From Verrucomicrobiota bacterium (GTDB lineage Bacteria > Verrucomicrobiota > Verrucomicrobiia > Limisphaerales > Palsa-1400): DNA of 64,000 nucleotides. Made by a program: the position numbers and the translations under genes. Below, in pieces: positions 21,457 to 34,463 of this stretch (position 1 is the stretch's first letter; the number at the start of each line of letters is the position of its first letter). The stretch is from positions 224,001 through 288,000 of the forward strand of contig JBEKYR010000001.1 in NCBI GenBank assembly GCA_049510745.1. Reading direction: 5' to 3'. The notes below the pieces were generated by a model. It was not told the DNA's origin. It searched no databases and saw only the letters and a list, made by a program, of their open reading frames with translations.

Positions 21457-23541
21457 ATGAACAAATCCCTCGTTTCAATTGCTGCCGTTTTACTGCTGAT
21501 TAACGGCGGCGCCATCTCCATCCTCGCCGCGTCGCCAAGCTCGGCCAAACTCCCCGCCGCCGCGATGCAACACTGGACTGCCGACAACGGCAACGGCACC
21601 TACTCCAACCCGCTGTTTTACGAGGAGTTCGAGGACCCGGACCCCATCCGCGTCGGCAACGACTATTATCTCGCCAGCACCACGATGCACATGAATCCGG
21701 CTGTCATCATCATGCATTCCAAGGACCTCGTGAACTGGGAACTTGCCGGCTACTGCATGGATCGGCTGGACTTGGGACCGGCCTTCCGTCTGGAGGGTGG
21801 AAACATCTATGGCAACGGCATCTGGGCGCCTTGCATCCGTTACCACGATGGGATGTTCTATGTCTTCTGCAACGTCAACCGGGCGGGCTTGCAGATTTTC
21901 CGCTCCAAGTCCGCCAGCGGCCCCTGGCAGCGCAACCAGATCCAGGGTTTCCATGACCTGTCGGTTCTTTTCGATGATGACGGCAAGATCTATCTCGTCT
22001 TCGGCAACAGGAATCCCTACACTATCCTGGAACTCAACAAGGACCTCACCGATGTGGTCCCCGGCGCCACCCACCAAATGAACGCCCCGGGCCTGGGCGA
22101 AGGCCACCACCTCTACAAGATTAACGGCAAATACTATGACATTTCCGCCATCCCTGGCGCCCAAACGGACCAGATGGTCGCCCGCGCGGATTCAATTGAC
22201 GGGCCTTGGCAGGTTGAGCGCATGGTCCAAGGCGAGTCGTTGGGCGTACCCTCCCAGCCCCCACTGCGCGGCAGCGGTCCCAGCCCGAAGGACCGCGGTT
22301 TGACCCTGCATCAGGGCGGCATGGTTGACACCCCCTCCGGCCAATGGTGGAGCATCATCATGCAAGATCATGGCAGCATTGGCCGCATGGTTGCGCTGGT
22401 TCCAATCACCTGGGACAACGGTTTCCCGATCATCGGCCTGCCGGGCAATCTCCGCAAAGCACCCAATACTTGGATCAAGCCCGACACCGGCTACACTCAG
22501 GATCCCAAGCCGGCCTTTGTCCACGAGGACAACTTTGACGGCGGCAAGCTCAACCCGCTCTGGCAGTGGAATCATGTCCCGGATGACAGCAAGTGGTCGG
22601 TCACGGAAAAGCCCGGCATGCTGCGTCTCCATTCCCTGCCCGCAAGCGACTTCTACACCGCCCGCAACAGCATCTGCCAGCGGCCGCCCGGACCCGAATC
22701 CATCATGACCGTCGAACTGGACGGCTCGGGCTTGGCTGCCGGAGACACGGCGGGTCTGGCACTGTTGAGTAATCCTTATGCGTGGATTGGCCTGGTGAAA
22801 TCCGCCGATGGCCTCACCCTGCGGATGTTTGATCAAACCACTCGCAAGACCAACGACGCCCCGGTTAACCCAACCCGCGTCTGGCTGCGCGTTGCCTGCA
22901 ACTTTGACACCGATTATGCCATTTTCAGTTGGAGCACTGACGGCAAGCAATTCACGCCGCTCGGTGACCCCTTCACCATGACCTTCCAGCTTAGGACCTT
23001 CCAGGGCGTTCGTCCCGCCCTGTTCAACTACAACACGTCCGGCCAGCCCGGCGGCTATGCCGACTTCGACAACTACACGGTCGAGGAACCGCGAGCACGG
23101 GGCATCGAACGCATGATTCCCTTGAGCAAGACCATTACGCTGACCGGCGGCGCCGACGGCAGTTTGCTGGCTGTTGACACCCAAAGCATGTCGTTGGCCA
23201 GTGTGCCAGCCGATTCGGCTAACGTGGTCGCGCAGAACGTTCAATTCCAAGTCGTAGATCTCGGCACGGGCCGTGTGGCGCTGAAGGCTTCCAACGGCCG
23301 GTTCGTTTCCGCCGCTGACAACGCTGTTGCGTTGAAGGACCTTGCCGGAAAAACGCCTGGCGATGCGGAATCCTTTCAATGGGTCAACTTAATGCGCGGC
23401 GACGCCATGCTCATGTCTCTGGTCAATCATCGCTATTTGGCCACCAAACCCAACGAGCCAGGACCGGTCACGGTTTCCGGCGCCGGTCCGCGACCCGACC
23501 GCAAAGACGGCGCGTGTTTCAAATGGAAAGCAGTCGAATGA
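21457..23541 (+). CDS. GH43 glycoside hydrolase with C-terminal beta-sandwich and beta-trefoil-like module
   Basis: NP..DPDPIRVG, HSKDLVNW, WAP, EGHH, HQGG and WQWNH motifs; ALKASNGRFVSA fascin-like tail. Confidence 0.88.
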   Translation: MNKSLVSIAAVLLLINGGAISILAASPSSAKLPAAAMQHWTADNGNGTYSNPLFYEEFEDPDPIRVGNDYYLASTTMHMNPAVIIMHSKDLVNWELAGYCMDRLDLGPAFRLEGGNIYGNGIWAPCIRYHDGMFYVFCNVNRAGLQIFRSKSASGPWQRNQIQGFHDLSVLFDDDGKIYLVFGNRNPYTILELNKDLTDVVPGATHQMNAPGLGEGHHLYKINGKYYDISAIPGAQTDQMVARADSIDGPWQVERMVQGESLGVPSQPPLRGSGPSPKDRGLTLHQGGMVDTPSGQWWSIIMQDHGSIGRMVALVPITWDNGFPIIGLPGNLRKAPNTWIKPDTGYTQDPKPAFVHEDNFDGGKLNPLWQWNHVPDDSKWSVTEKPGMLRLHSLPASDFYTARNSICQRPPGPESIMTVELDGSGLAAGDTAGLALLSNPYAWIGLVKSADGLTLRMFDQTTRKTNDAPVNPTRVWLRVACNFDTDYAIFSWSTDGKQFTPLGDPFTMTFQLRTFQGVRPALFNYNTSGQPGGYADFDNYTVEEPRARGIERMIPLSKTITLTGGADGSLLAVDTQSMSLASVPADSANVVAQNVQFQVVDLGTGRVALKASNGRFVSAADNAVALKDLAGKTPGDAESFQWVNLMRGDAMLMSLVNHRYLATKPNEPGPVTVSGAGPRPDRKDGACFKWKAVE

Positions 23542-23630
23542 AACGCGACGCCGTCAGTTCGATTTTACAAGTTGTTGGCGCTGTGCCACCATGAGATCGC
23601 ACCAAAAACGATGGCCTTTTTACTTGATAG

Positions 23631-25604
23631 ATGATCATCCAAAAATACAGACAAACGCTGGCCGTTCTTCTGGCATTCGGAACTTTGGCCGTCTCCGTCC
23701 AGGCCCAGGGCCATTACAGAAGCTTCATCGTCTCCACTTATGCGACGCAGGGAACGGTGCAACGCCTGATGGACGGCAATCTTGACCCTGCGGAGTCTTG
23801 GTCTAATCTCACGCGCAATCTCAAGATTGACAAAATCTATATCGAGGTCATGCGCAACCACACGCTCGTGGACGAGGCTGGCCTTGAGAAACTCAGAAAG
23901 TTCTACCAAGACCAAGGCGTGCAGGTTTGTGGCGGCTTGGCCTTTAGCGTTAGCGAAGCCAATGGCTACCAGGGTTTCGACTACGCCGATCCGGAAAACC
24001 GCGCCTTCGCAAAAAAAGCCGTGGAACTGGCCGCCCGCCATTTCGATGAAATCCTGCTCGACGATTACTTCTTCTTCGACCGCAAGACGGATTACGACAT
24101 CAAGGCCAAAGGCAACAAATCCTGGACACAATACCGCCTGAAAACCATGCGCGAAGTCGCGAATGACCTTGTCGTCAAACCGGCCAAAGCGGTCAATCCC
24201 AAGTGCAAGGTCATCATCAAGATGGCCAACTGGTATGACCAATACGCCGGCATGGGCAACGACACCGAAAAAGTCCCTCTCATTGCCGACGGCATGTTCT
24301 CCGGCACGGAATCCCGTCTCTGGGTCGGACAGGAGCAGCACCTTCAGCCCTACCTCAGCTACGACATCATGCGGTTCATGGACAACCTCAAGCCGGGCGT
24401 CAACAAAGGCGGCTGGGTTGACCAAGGCGGCTCCAATCCGATTGACCGGTATTCTGAAGAACTGTTGGATACGGTTTTTGCCCGCTGTCCCGAGATGTGT
24501 TGTTTCCACTATGGCGGCATGCTCATGCGCATCCGTCCGAATTCCATCAACAGCCGCACCTGGTCCAACCAACCAACCAGCCTGAATCTCGCTGAAGTGC
24601 AGAAAACCCTCGGCCCCGATGACACCCTTGCTTTCGCCGACATCGCCGCCTACACGCTGGGGAAGGTTGACCAGGTGTTGACCAATGTCGGCAAGCCGGT
24701 TGGCATCAAGACCTACACCCCCTCTCACGCCACGGGCGAAGAGTTCGTGCATGATTATTTGGGCATGATCGGCCTGCCGATGGACATCTTCCCGCAATTT
24801 CCAATAAATGCCGACATGGTTCTGCTGACCGAACAGGCCAAGTTTGATCCCGACATCATTCAAAAAATTAAAACCCAGCTCGAAGCTGGCAAATCGGTCT
24901 GCGTTACCTCGGGCTTTTTGCGTGCCATGAAGGGTAAAGGCATGGAAGACATCTGCGAAGTTGAAACCACCGGCGCCACCGTGCCCGTGCGGCGCTTCGC
25001 TTTCGCCGGCGGTCCAGGAGCGCCGTTTCCAGGCCGCGGCATGGCCCGACGCGACGGCGAGCCTGATCCGTTAGCGGCTGCGCGCGACATCCTCATTCCC
25101 GAAATCAAGTATGCCAACATCCTGACCCACGATGCGTGGGGCGACGCCTTGGGCATCTCCGCCGGTGGCACGACTTATCCGGTCGTCCTCTCTTGTGAGT
25201 ACTCCAAGGGCAAATTCTATGTCCTGACCATCCCCAACGATCCTGCGGACCTTTACGCTCTCCCGCCAGCCGTGCTTTCGGTGATCCGGGCCGCGCTGGG
25301 AAGGACTGAACCTGTTCGCATTGATAACGCGCCGGCGCAGGTCGCATTGTTTCGTTACGATAATAATACGTTCATCGTTCAAAATTACCTCTCCACCCAG
25401 GCCGAGGTCACGGTTTCCGTGGCTGGCACCGCAACGGAGATTCACGATTTATTGACGGGAAAAACTTTGTCTGCCGCGCCAGAACCCGACCGCGGCTTCG
25501 GGCGCGGCGGCTTTGGCGGACGTGGCCCGGCCGCTCCGCCGCGGCGCACGTCATTCACGTTCACCGTGCCGCCGCATTCCTATCTGCCTTTCGCCGCCAA
25601 ATGA
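23631..25604 (+). CDS. Uncharacterised secreted protein, candidate glycoside hydrolase
   Basis: 657 aa ORF with signal peptide inside the CAZyme run; FDEILLDDYFF motif; no family confidently recognised. Confidence 0.6.
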   Translation: MIIQKYRQTLAVLLAFGTLAVSVQAQGHYRSFIVSTYATQGTVQRLMDGNLDPAESWSNLTRNLKIDKIYIEVMRNHTLVDEAGLEKLRKFYQDQGVQVCGGLAFSVSEANGYQGFDYADPENRAFAKKAVELAARHFDEILLDDYFFFDRKTDYDIKAKGNKSWTQYRLKTMREVANDLVVKPAKAVNPKCKVIIKMANWYDQYAGMGNDTEKVPLIADGMFSGTESRLWVGQEQHLQPYLSYDIMRFMDNLKPGVNKGGWVDQGGSNPIDRYSEELLDTVFARCPEMCCFHYGGMLMRIRPNSINSRTWSNQPTSLNLAEVQKTLGPDDTLAFADIAAYTLGKVDQVLTNVGKPVGIKTYTPSHATGEEFVHDYLGMIGLPMDIFPQFPINADMVLLTEQAKFDPDIIQKIKTQLEAGKSVCVTSGFLRAMKGKGMEDICEVETTGATVPVRRFAFAGGPGAPFPGRGMARRDGEPDPLAAARDILIPEIKYANILTHDAWGDALGISAGGTTYPVVLSCEYSKGKFYVLTIPNDPADLYALPPAVLSVIRAALGRTEPVRIDNAPAQVALFRYDNNTFIVQNYLSTQAEVTVSVAGTATEIHDLLTGKTLSAAPEPDRGFGRGGFGGRGPAAPPRRTSFTFTVPPHSYLPFAAK

Positions 25605-25689
25605 GCGCCCTAACCCACCCTCTTGAATGGGGAACAGCCCTTGAACATACGACACTCGTCATATATTCCCGGGAGGTTCACCCAAGTAA

Positions 25690-28711
<3,022 letters not shown>

Positions 28712-28843
28712 GCCAACCGCGAAGCTCCGCTGTTTGGGAGAACAAACCGCTCACCCTCGGCGGCAACGCGAGATTTTCAATTGTGACTCCGATATGAGAC
28801 GAGCCTGGCGACGAAACCAATTCCCCTCCCAAACCTTACACTC

Positions 28844-30133
28844 ATGAAAACTCACATTCCAAACTTCAACTCACGATTCACTCTGCTGACTTCTGCGCTG
28901 CTGGCCATTGGTGCAACGGCACGGTCTGCCGGCATTTCCACCCTCAAGGACGCCTACAAAGATCAGTTCTATGTTGGCGTGGCCATCAACCGCACCATTG
29001 CGATGAGCACGGGGGTCCGCGCGGACAACGTCAACCGGACCCAGGAACAGGTCAACAAAGACATTGCTCTCGTCAAGGAACAGTTCAACCAGATTGCTCC
29101 GGAAAACGACCTGAAGTGGGCGCTCATCCATCCGCAGGAAGGCCCGGACGGCTATAATTTCGGCCCGTCTGACGCTTATGTGAACTTCGGCGTGAGCAAT
29201 AACATGTATATCGTGGGACACACACTCGTCTGGCACGCCCAGACGCCCAACTGGGTATTCGCCGGCACGAATCCGCCTCCGCGAGCCACCAACGCCTCAC
29301 CCGACGCCGTCACGACCACGAATGCGCCCGGGACAAACGCGCCGGAGCGGGGAAGTTTTGGCCGTGGTTTCGGCGGCGGTTTCGGTCGCGGCGGTTTCGG
29401 GTACAACGGACCGCGCGCGTCGCGCGAGGAGTTGCTCCAGCGGATGCGCGATCACATTCACACCGTCGTCGGCCGCTACAAGGGCAAGATCAAGGTCTGG
29501 GACGTCGTGAACGAGGCAATCGCCAACGGGGGCACCAACCTGCTGCGGAACTCGCTCTGGCTGCAAATCATCGGGCCGGACTTCATCGCCAAGGCCTTCG
29601 AATACGCCCACGAAGCCGATCCGGACGCGATCCTCCGCTACAACGACTATGGACTGGAGAATCCGGGAAAACGCCGCAAACTGATCACTCTGATCAAGTC
29701 CCTGCAGGAACAACACGTTCCGGTGATGGCCATTGGCTCGCAAACCCACGTCAGCGTTTCTTCGCCGAGCTTTGAGGCCGAAGATGCCGCTCTGACAGAA
29801 CTCGAACAGCTCGGGCTGCCCATTCACATCACCGAACTCGACGTCAACAGCGCGCAGGGCGGGCAGCGCGATACCGGGGCGGACATCGCCAACAACGCCG
29901 CGACCACCCAGGGCGGCCTCGTCGATAACGCCAATCAGCGACTCGCCAGTCAGTATGCCACGCTCTTCCGCGTGTTTCTAAAGCACCGCAATTCCGTGAA
30001 GGTGGTCACTTTCTGGGGCGTAAACGACGGCGTTTCCTGGCGCGCCGGTGGACGTCCGCTGCTGTTCGACGCCAAAGATCAACCCAAGCCGGCCTTGGAC
30101 GCGGTCATTGGCGCCGCAACACTTCAACATTAA
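28844..30133 (+). CDS. GH10 endo-1,4-beta-xylanase
   Basis: PENDLKW, GHTLVWH, WDVVNE, YNDY, ITELDV and TFWG motifs. Confidence 0.94.
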   Translation: MKTHIPNFNSRFTLLTSALLAIGATARSAGISTLKDAYKDQFYVGVAINRTIAMSTGVRADNVNRTQEQVNKDIALVKEQFNQIAPENDLKWALIHPQEGPDGYNFGPSDAYVNFGVSNNMYIVGHTLVWHAQTPNWVFAGTNPPPRATNASPDAVTTTNAPGTNAPERGSFGRGFGGGFGRGGFGYNGPRASREELLQRMRDHIHTVVGRYKGKIKVWDVVNEAIANGGTNLLRNSLWLQIIGPDFIAKAFEYAHEADPDAILRYNDYGLENPGKRRKLITLIKSLQEQHVPVMAIGSQTHVSVSSPSFEAEDAALTELEQLGLPIHITELDVNSAQGGQRDTGADIANNAATTQGGLVDNANQRLASQYATLFRVFLKHRNSVKVVTFWGVNDGVSWRAGGRPLLFDAKDQPKPALDAVIGAATLQH

Positions 30134-30144
30134 AACCAACTGTC

Positions 30145-30999
30145 ATGAAAATGAAACCGGGATTGTTCATGCTGGCGGGATTATTCTTTTTGAACGTGAA
30201 CGCTTTTTCTCAGGATACGAATCTTTTCGTTTTCCTGTGCTTTGGACAGTCAAACATGGAGGGCTTTCCAGGAATTGAACAACAAGACAAGACGCCAGTG
30301 GATGCTCGCTTTCAGGTCTTGGCCGCTGTTGATTTTCCAAACCTGGGCAGAAAAACGGGTAATTGGTATCCTGCTGTCCCTCCGCTGTGCCGAAGCTCTT
30401 CAGGTCTATGCCCGGCCGATTATTTTGGCAGAACGATGGTTTCCAATCTGCCGGCAAACATCAGGGTGGGTATTGTCAATGTTTCCGTCGCCGGCTGCAA
30501 AATTGAACTGTTCGACAAGACTAATTACCAGTCATACGCATCAACGGCGCCCCCGTGGATGACTAACATCATCAACGCCTACGGCGGAAATCCCTATGCG
30601 CACCTTGTCGAGATGGGAAAACTGGCCCAGAAAGACGGGGTCATTAAAGGGATTCTGTTGCATCAGGGAGAATCGAACACGAACGACAAGGAATGGCCGG
30701 ACAAAGTCAAAGGTATCTACGACAATCTGATCAAGGACTTGAATCTCAAGGCCGGAGAAGTGCCGCTGCTCGCGGGTGAACTCGTCGATGCTGATCAAAA
30801 AGGCGCTTGTGCGGGCATGAATACAATCATTGACGGGTTGCCTGGAACAATTCCCAATTCGTACGTCATTTCTTCGATGGGTTGCACCAGCCGTCCAGAC
30901 CATCTGCATTTCAATCCGGCAGGCTACAGAGAGTTGGGAAAGCGATACGCGGAGAAAATGCTTTCAATACTGGGTTATAAGATGACCGATCCCAAATGA
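30145..30999 (+). CDS. CE6/SASA-family acetylxylan esterase
   Basis: GQSNMEG, LHQGESN and DHLHF motifs. Confidence 0.88.
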   Translation: MKMKPGLFMLAGLFFLNVNAFSQDTNLFVFLCFGQSNMEGFPGIEQQDKTPVDARFQVLAAVDFPNLGRKTGNWYPAVPPLCRSSSGLCPADYFGRTMVSNLPANIRVGIVNVSVAGCKIELFDKTNYQSYASTAPPWMTNIINAYGGNPYAHLVEMGKLAQKDGVIKGILLHQGESNTNDKEWPDKVKGIYDNLIKDLNLKAGEVPLLAGELVDADQKGACAGMNTIIDGLPGTIPNSYVISSMGCTSRPDHLHFNPAGYRELGKRYAEKMLSILGYKMTDPK

Positions 31000-31034
31000 C
31001 CTGAAGCGGCTTCCAAATCCGGCGCCATCCCCCA

Positions 31035-33173
31035 TCAGCTCGAGCCCGGAACAGGTCTTTTGCTGAAGCGTCCGAAGTATTCCAAAATCTGGTCGCGCCA
31101 CTTCGCCGAGTCCGCGGCTTGAATAGCCAGGCGGTCGGCCACTTCCTTATGCCGGCGTGAATCAATTTTGCCGGCGAGTGATTGCCATGTTTTCTGCAAT
31201 GCCGCCGCCTGTTCCGCGCCGTCGTGATACTTGGCGCAAAGTTCGTCCCACAATGTCTTGCCCGACTTCATCCGATAGTCCCACGCACAACGATGAAACC
31301 AAAGGAGAAACTTCTCCGGGCAACTCGCGAGATCATCGAACAGGTCACAAACAGGCGGGAAGTATTGCTCAACCGCGTGGTCGCCCTGCTTCGTTCGATC
31401 GAATCCGATGGCTTTCTCCGAGGCTTGATGATAATAGACCGCCGTCCAGTCGGCTCTCGGTGCGCGATCGTTCCAAGGCATCGGCGCGTAATGCTCGCCG
31501 CCGATCAGATGATGCAGTCCGAGCGGCACGGTGTAATTCACGAAGGTTTCGCGCGAGGACATCATCATGTCGCGGATGACAGCCGCGGTTTTGCCGTCAG
31601 GGGTGAAAGTCAGGCGCGTCCACTCGTCCGCGATTCTTTCGGCGGACGACTCCGGGTTCCACGCCAGCCGTCCGAACGCATACCAATTCGACTGCGAGAA
31701 ATGATGCCCGCACCAGTTGGTGTCCAGTCCGGGATTCGTCACGGAGACCATTCCCGTGATGCAACTCGGATGAATTTTTCCCGCCAGCACTTTGGCGACG
31801 GTTGAGCCGCTGCCCTTCGCGCGCGTGTCCGAGTCCAGAAACTCCTTCCACATCGTGCCGAGATAAACCAGATGTTTGGCCTGGCCGAGATATTCCTGCG
31901 TGGCCTGAATTTCGGCGACGACCGGGGTCTGCTGCATCGCGCCAAACAGCGGATGAAACGGCTCGCGCGGCTGAAAATCAATCGGGCCGTTCTTGACCTG
32001 CACCGCGACATTTGGGCGAAATTGGCCGTCGAGCCGCATGAACTCGATGTAAGCGCGCTTGGCGCGGTCCGGATCAATCTCCTCGTCGTAAACAAACGCC
32101 CGCCAGAAGACGTTGCCTTTGTGCGGGGCGAGGGCGTCGGCCAGCACGTTTGCCCCGTCGGCGTGAGTGCGGCCGTAGGTTTTCGGTCCGGGCTGGCCTT
32201 CGGAATTGGCCTTGACCAGAAATCCGCCGAAGTCGGGAATAAGGCTGTAAATCTCGTCGGCCTTGGCCTTCCACCAATCTGAAACACCCTTGTCCAACGG
32301 ATCGGCGGTGACCAGCCCGCCCAGTCGCACCGGCGCGGCGAAGTTGGCGCACAAATACATTCGCACGCCGTAAGGCCGCCACACGTCCGCCAGCGCGGCG
32401 ACTTTGCGGAGATACTCCGGCGAGAGAATGCGCACGTCGGCATTGACGTTGTTGATCACCGCGCCGTTGATTCCGATGGAAGCATTGGCACGCGCGTAAT
32501 CGGCGTAGCGGGGGCTGAGTTGTCCCGGCAGCTCATTCCATTGCCACAACGAGCGTCCGGCATAACCGCGCTCAATCGTGCCGTTGAGATTGTCCCAGTG
32601 GTTCATCAACCGAAACTGAAGCGCAGGCCGCTCGGTGAGGTCGATCCGGTCAATCGGCTGGCCGGTTTGCATCAGGCGCAGGAAATGGAACGCACCATAC
32701 AGCGCGCCGATTTCGCCGTTCGAGGCGATCACAGTCACCGGATGTCTCGCGATGCGGACCGAGCGGAAGATGAAGCCTTCGTCACCGGCAGCGCGCAAGT
32801 CGGCGGTCCAATTCAAATCGCGGACCATCGCCGAGTTCTCCGGCGTGCCGACAACCACCGCGCGGGCCTGCAATCCGTTTTCGTTCAGAGGAACGGCGCC
32901 GCCCAACAGAGCCGTGGTGGCTGAACGCAATTCATCCCGGATGATTCCGCAGGTGGCTGAAGCGCCGTCCACGCGAATTTGCCGCACAATGCGGCGATAG
33001 CTTTTGGCGGCGTCCCCCGGCGGCGCGTATCGCAGCCAGAGTTTGCAGCCGTCTTCATCCGGCAACTGCGGTTGCGGTTCGGCTGCGTCAGTCCTGGTGG
33101 CGTCACCGCCGACACAGAGGCCCGCAGCACCTGCCAGCCCCACCGCCACAAATTCCCGCCGGGACAATTTCAT
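31035..33173 (-). CDS. aguA: GH67 alpha-glucuronidase with Tat signal
   Basis: SRREF twin-arginine signal; LWLRY, NHWDN, ERGYAG, VKANSEGQPGP, KNGPIDFQPREP. Confidence 0.93.
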   Translation of the reverse strand: MKLSRREFVAVGLAGAAGLCVGGDATRTDAAEPQPQLPDEDGCKLWLRYAPPGDAAKSYRRIVRQIRVDGASATCGIIRDELRSATTALLGGAVPLNENGLQARAVVVGTPENSAMVRDLNWTADLRAAGDEGFIFRSVRIARHPVTVIASNGEIGALYGAFHFLRLMQTGQPIDRIDLTERPALQFRLMNHWDNLNGTIERGYAGRSLWQWNELPGQLSPRYADYARANASIGINGAVINNVNADVRILSPEYLRKVAALADVWRPYGVRMYLCANFAAPVRLGGLVTADPLDKGVSDWWKAKADEIYSLIPDFGGFLVKANSEGQPGPKTYGRTHADGANVLADALAPHKGNVFWRAFVYDEEIDPDRAKRAYIEFMRLDGQFRPNVAVQVKNGPIDFQPREPFHPLFGAMQQTPVVAEIQATQEYLGQAKHLVYLGTMWKEFLDSDTRAKGSGSTVAKVLAGKIHPSCITGMVSVTNPGLDTNWCGHHFSQSNWYAFGRLAWNPESSAERIADEWTRLTFTPDGKTAAVIRDMMMSSRETFVNYTVPLGLHHLIGGEHYAPMPWNDRAPRADWTAVYYHQASEKAIGFDRTKQGDHAVEQYFPPVCDLFDDLASCPEKFLLWFHRCAWDYRMKSGKTLWDELCAKYHDGAEQAAALQKTWQSLAGKIDSRRHKEVADRLAIQAADSAKWRDQILEYFGRFSKRPVPGSS

Positions 33174-33353
33174 GAGTGAATTCTTGGCAGAAACGCCGGG
33201 TGGAAACAATCCCGAAGCGTTGGCAACATTCGCGGGCGATTTGTCCAATCGAGCGGAGACGTCGGAAGTGCCGGTGGACGTGCTCGAGGCAGCGCCGGCA
33301 GGTTGCGAAGAATCGTGTTGTCATAATGATGCCGGGCAGGGAAGATATGCGAT

Positions 33354-34400
33354 ATGGAAAAGAAACGAATTGTTGAAAAAGACCCGCCGTTGAAAAGGGA
33401 CGACCTCATCGTCATCACCGGCGCGGGCGGGTTCATTGCCGGCAACCTCGCGTTGTATTTCAAAAAGAAAGGTTTTGCCAACGTCCGCGCGGTGGACAAA
33501 AAGCCGCTGCACGAGTGGTATCTGCACGTGCCGGGCGTTCAGAACCTTTGCCGGGACGTCAGCAAGGAAGAGAACTGCAAACGCGTTTGTGAAGGCGCGG
33601 TGGAAGTTTACAACCTCGCCGCGGACATGGGCGGCATGGGTTTCATCGAACGCTTCCGCGTCGAATGCCTGCGCTCGATCCTGATCAACACGAACATGAT
33701 CGAGGCCGCCTGCAATGCCGGCGCGCGGCGCTACTTCTTCTCTTCGTCCGCTTGCGCTTACAACACCTTGCTGCAACAGGACCCGAACGTTCGCGCGCTG
33801 AAGGAGTCAGACGCCTATCCAGCAATGGCCGAACGCGGCTACGGCTGGGAAAAACTCATGTCCGAGATGTTTTGCCAGGAATACTGGCACGAGCGCGGCC
33901 TGAAGACATTCATGGCGCGCTTCCACAATGTTTATGGCCCGCACGGCACCTGGGACGGCGGCCGCGAGAAAGCTCCGGCCGCGCTGTGCCGCAAGGTCAT
34001 CGAGGCGATGGACACCGGCAGAAAGGAAATCACCATCTGGGGCGACGGCCATCAAACGCGCAGTTTCATGTACATTGATGATTGCGTCAAGGGCATTGAC
34101 ATGATCATGCATTGCGATGAGTTGATTGCGACGCCGATCAATCTCGGCTCGAGCGAATTGGTTTCGATTAACGAACTGCTGTCGAAGATCGAAAAAATTG
34201 CCGGCGTGAAAATGAACCGCGAATACGATCTCAATGCGCCGAAAGGCGTCGCCGGCCGCAATTCCGACAACACGTTCATCAAAAAAGTTCTTGGCTGGGA
34301 GCCGTCCACGCCGCTTGACAAGGGCCTGGCTGTGACGTTCAAGTGGATCAAGGAACAATACCGTGCCCGCAAAGCCGGCAAACGCGTCGGCATCGGTTGA
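33354..34400 (+). CDS. NAD-dependent epimerase, GDP-mannose 3,5-epimerase-like
   Basis: TGAGGFIA, NLAADMGGMGFI, YGWEK, GGREKAPAALCRK. Confidence 0.88.
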   Translation: MEKKRIVEKDPPLKRDDLIVITGAGGFIAGNLALYFKKKGFANVRAVDKKPLHEWYLHVPGVQNLCRDVSKEENCKRVCEGAVEVYNLAADMGGMGFIERFRVECLRSILINTNMIEAACNAGARRYFFSSSACAYNTLLQQDPNVRALKESDAYPAMAERGYGWEKLMSEMFCQEYWHERGLKTFMARFHNVYGPHGTWDGGREKAPAALCRKVIEAMDTGRKEITIWGDGHQTRSFMYIDDCVKGIDMIMHCDELIATPINLGSSELVSINELLSKIEKIAGVKMNREYDLNAPKGVAGRNSDNTFIKKVLGWEPSTPLDKGLAVTFKWIKEQYRARKAGKRVGIG

Positions 34401-34463
34401 AATTGCGGAACACCCTGCCCTGCCGCCGATGGCTTCGTCCGCGGGCGGCGGGGTTGACGTAAA

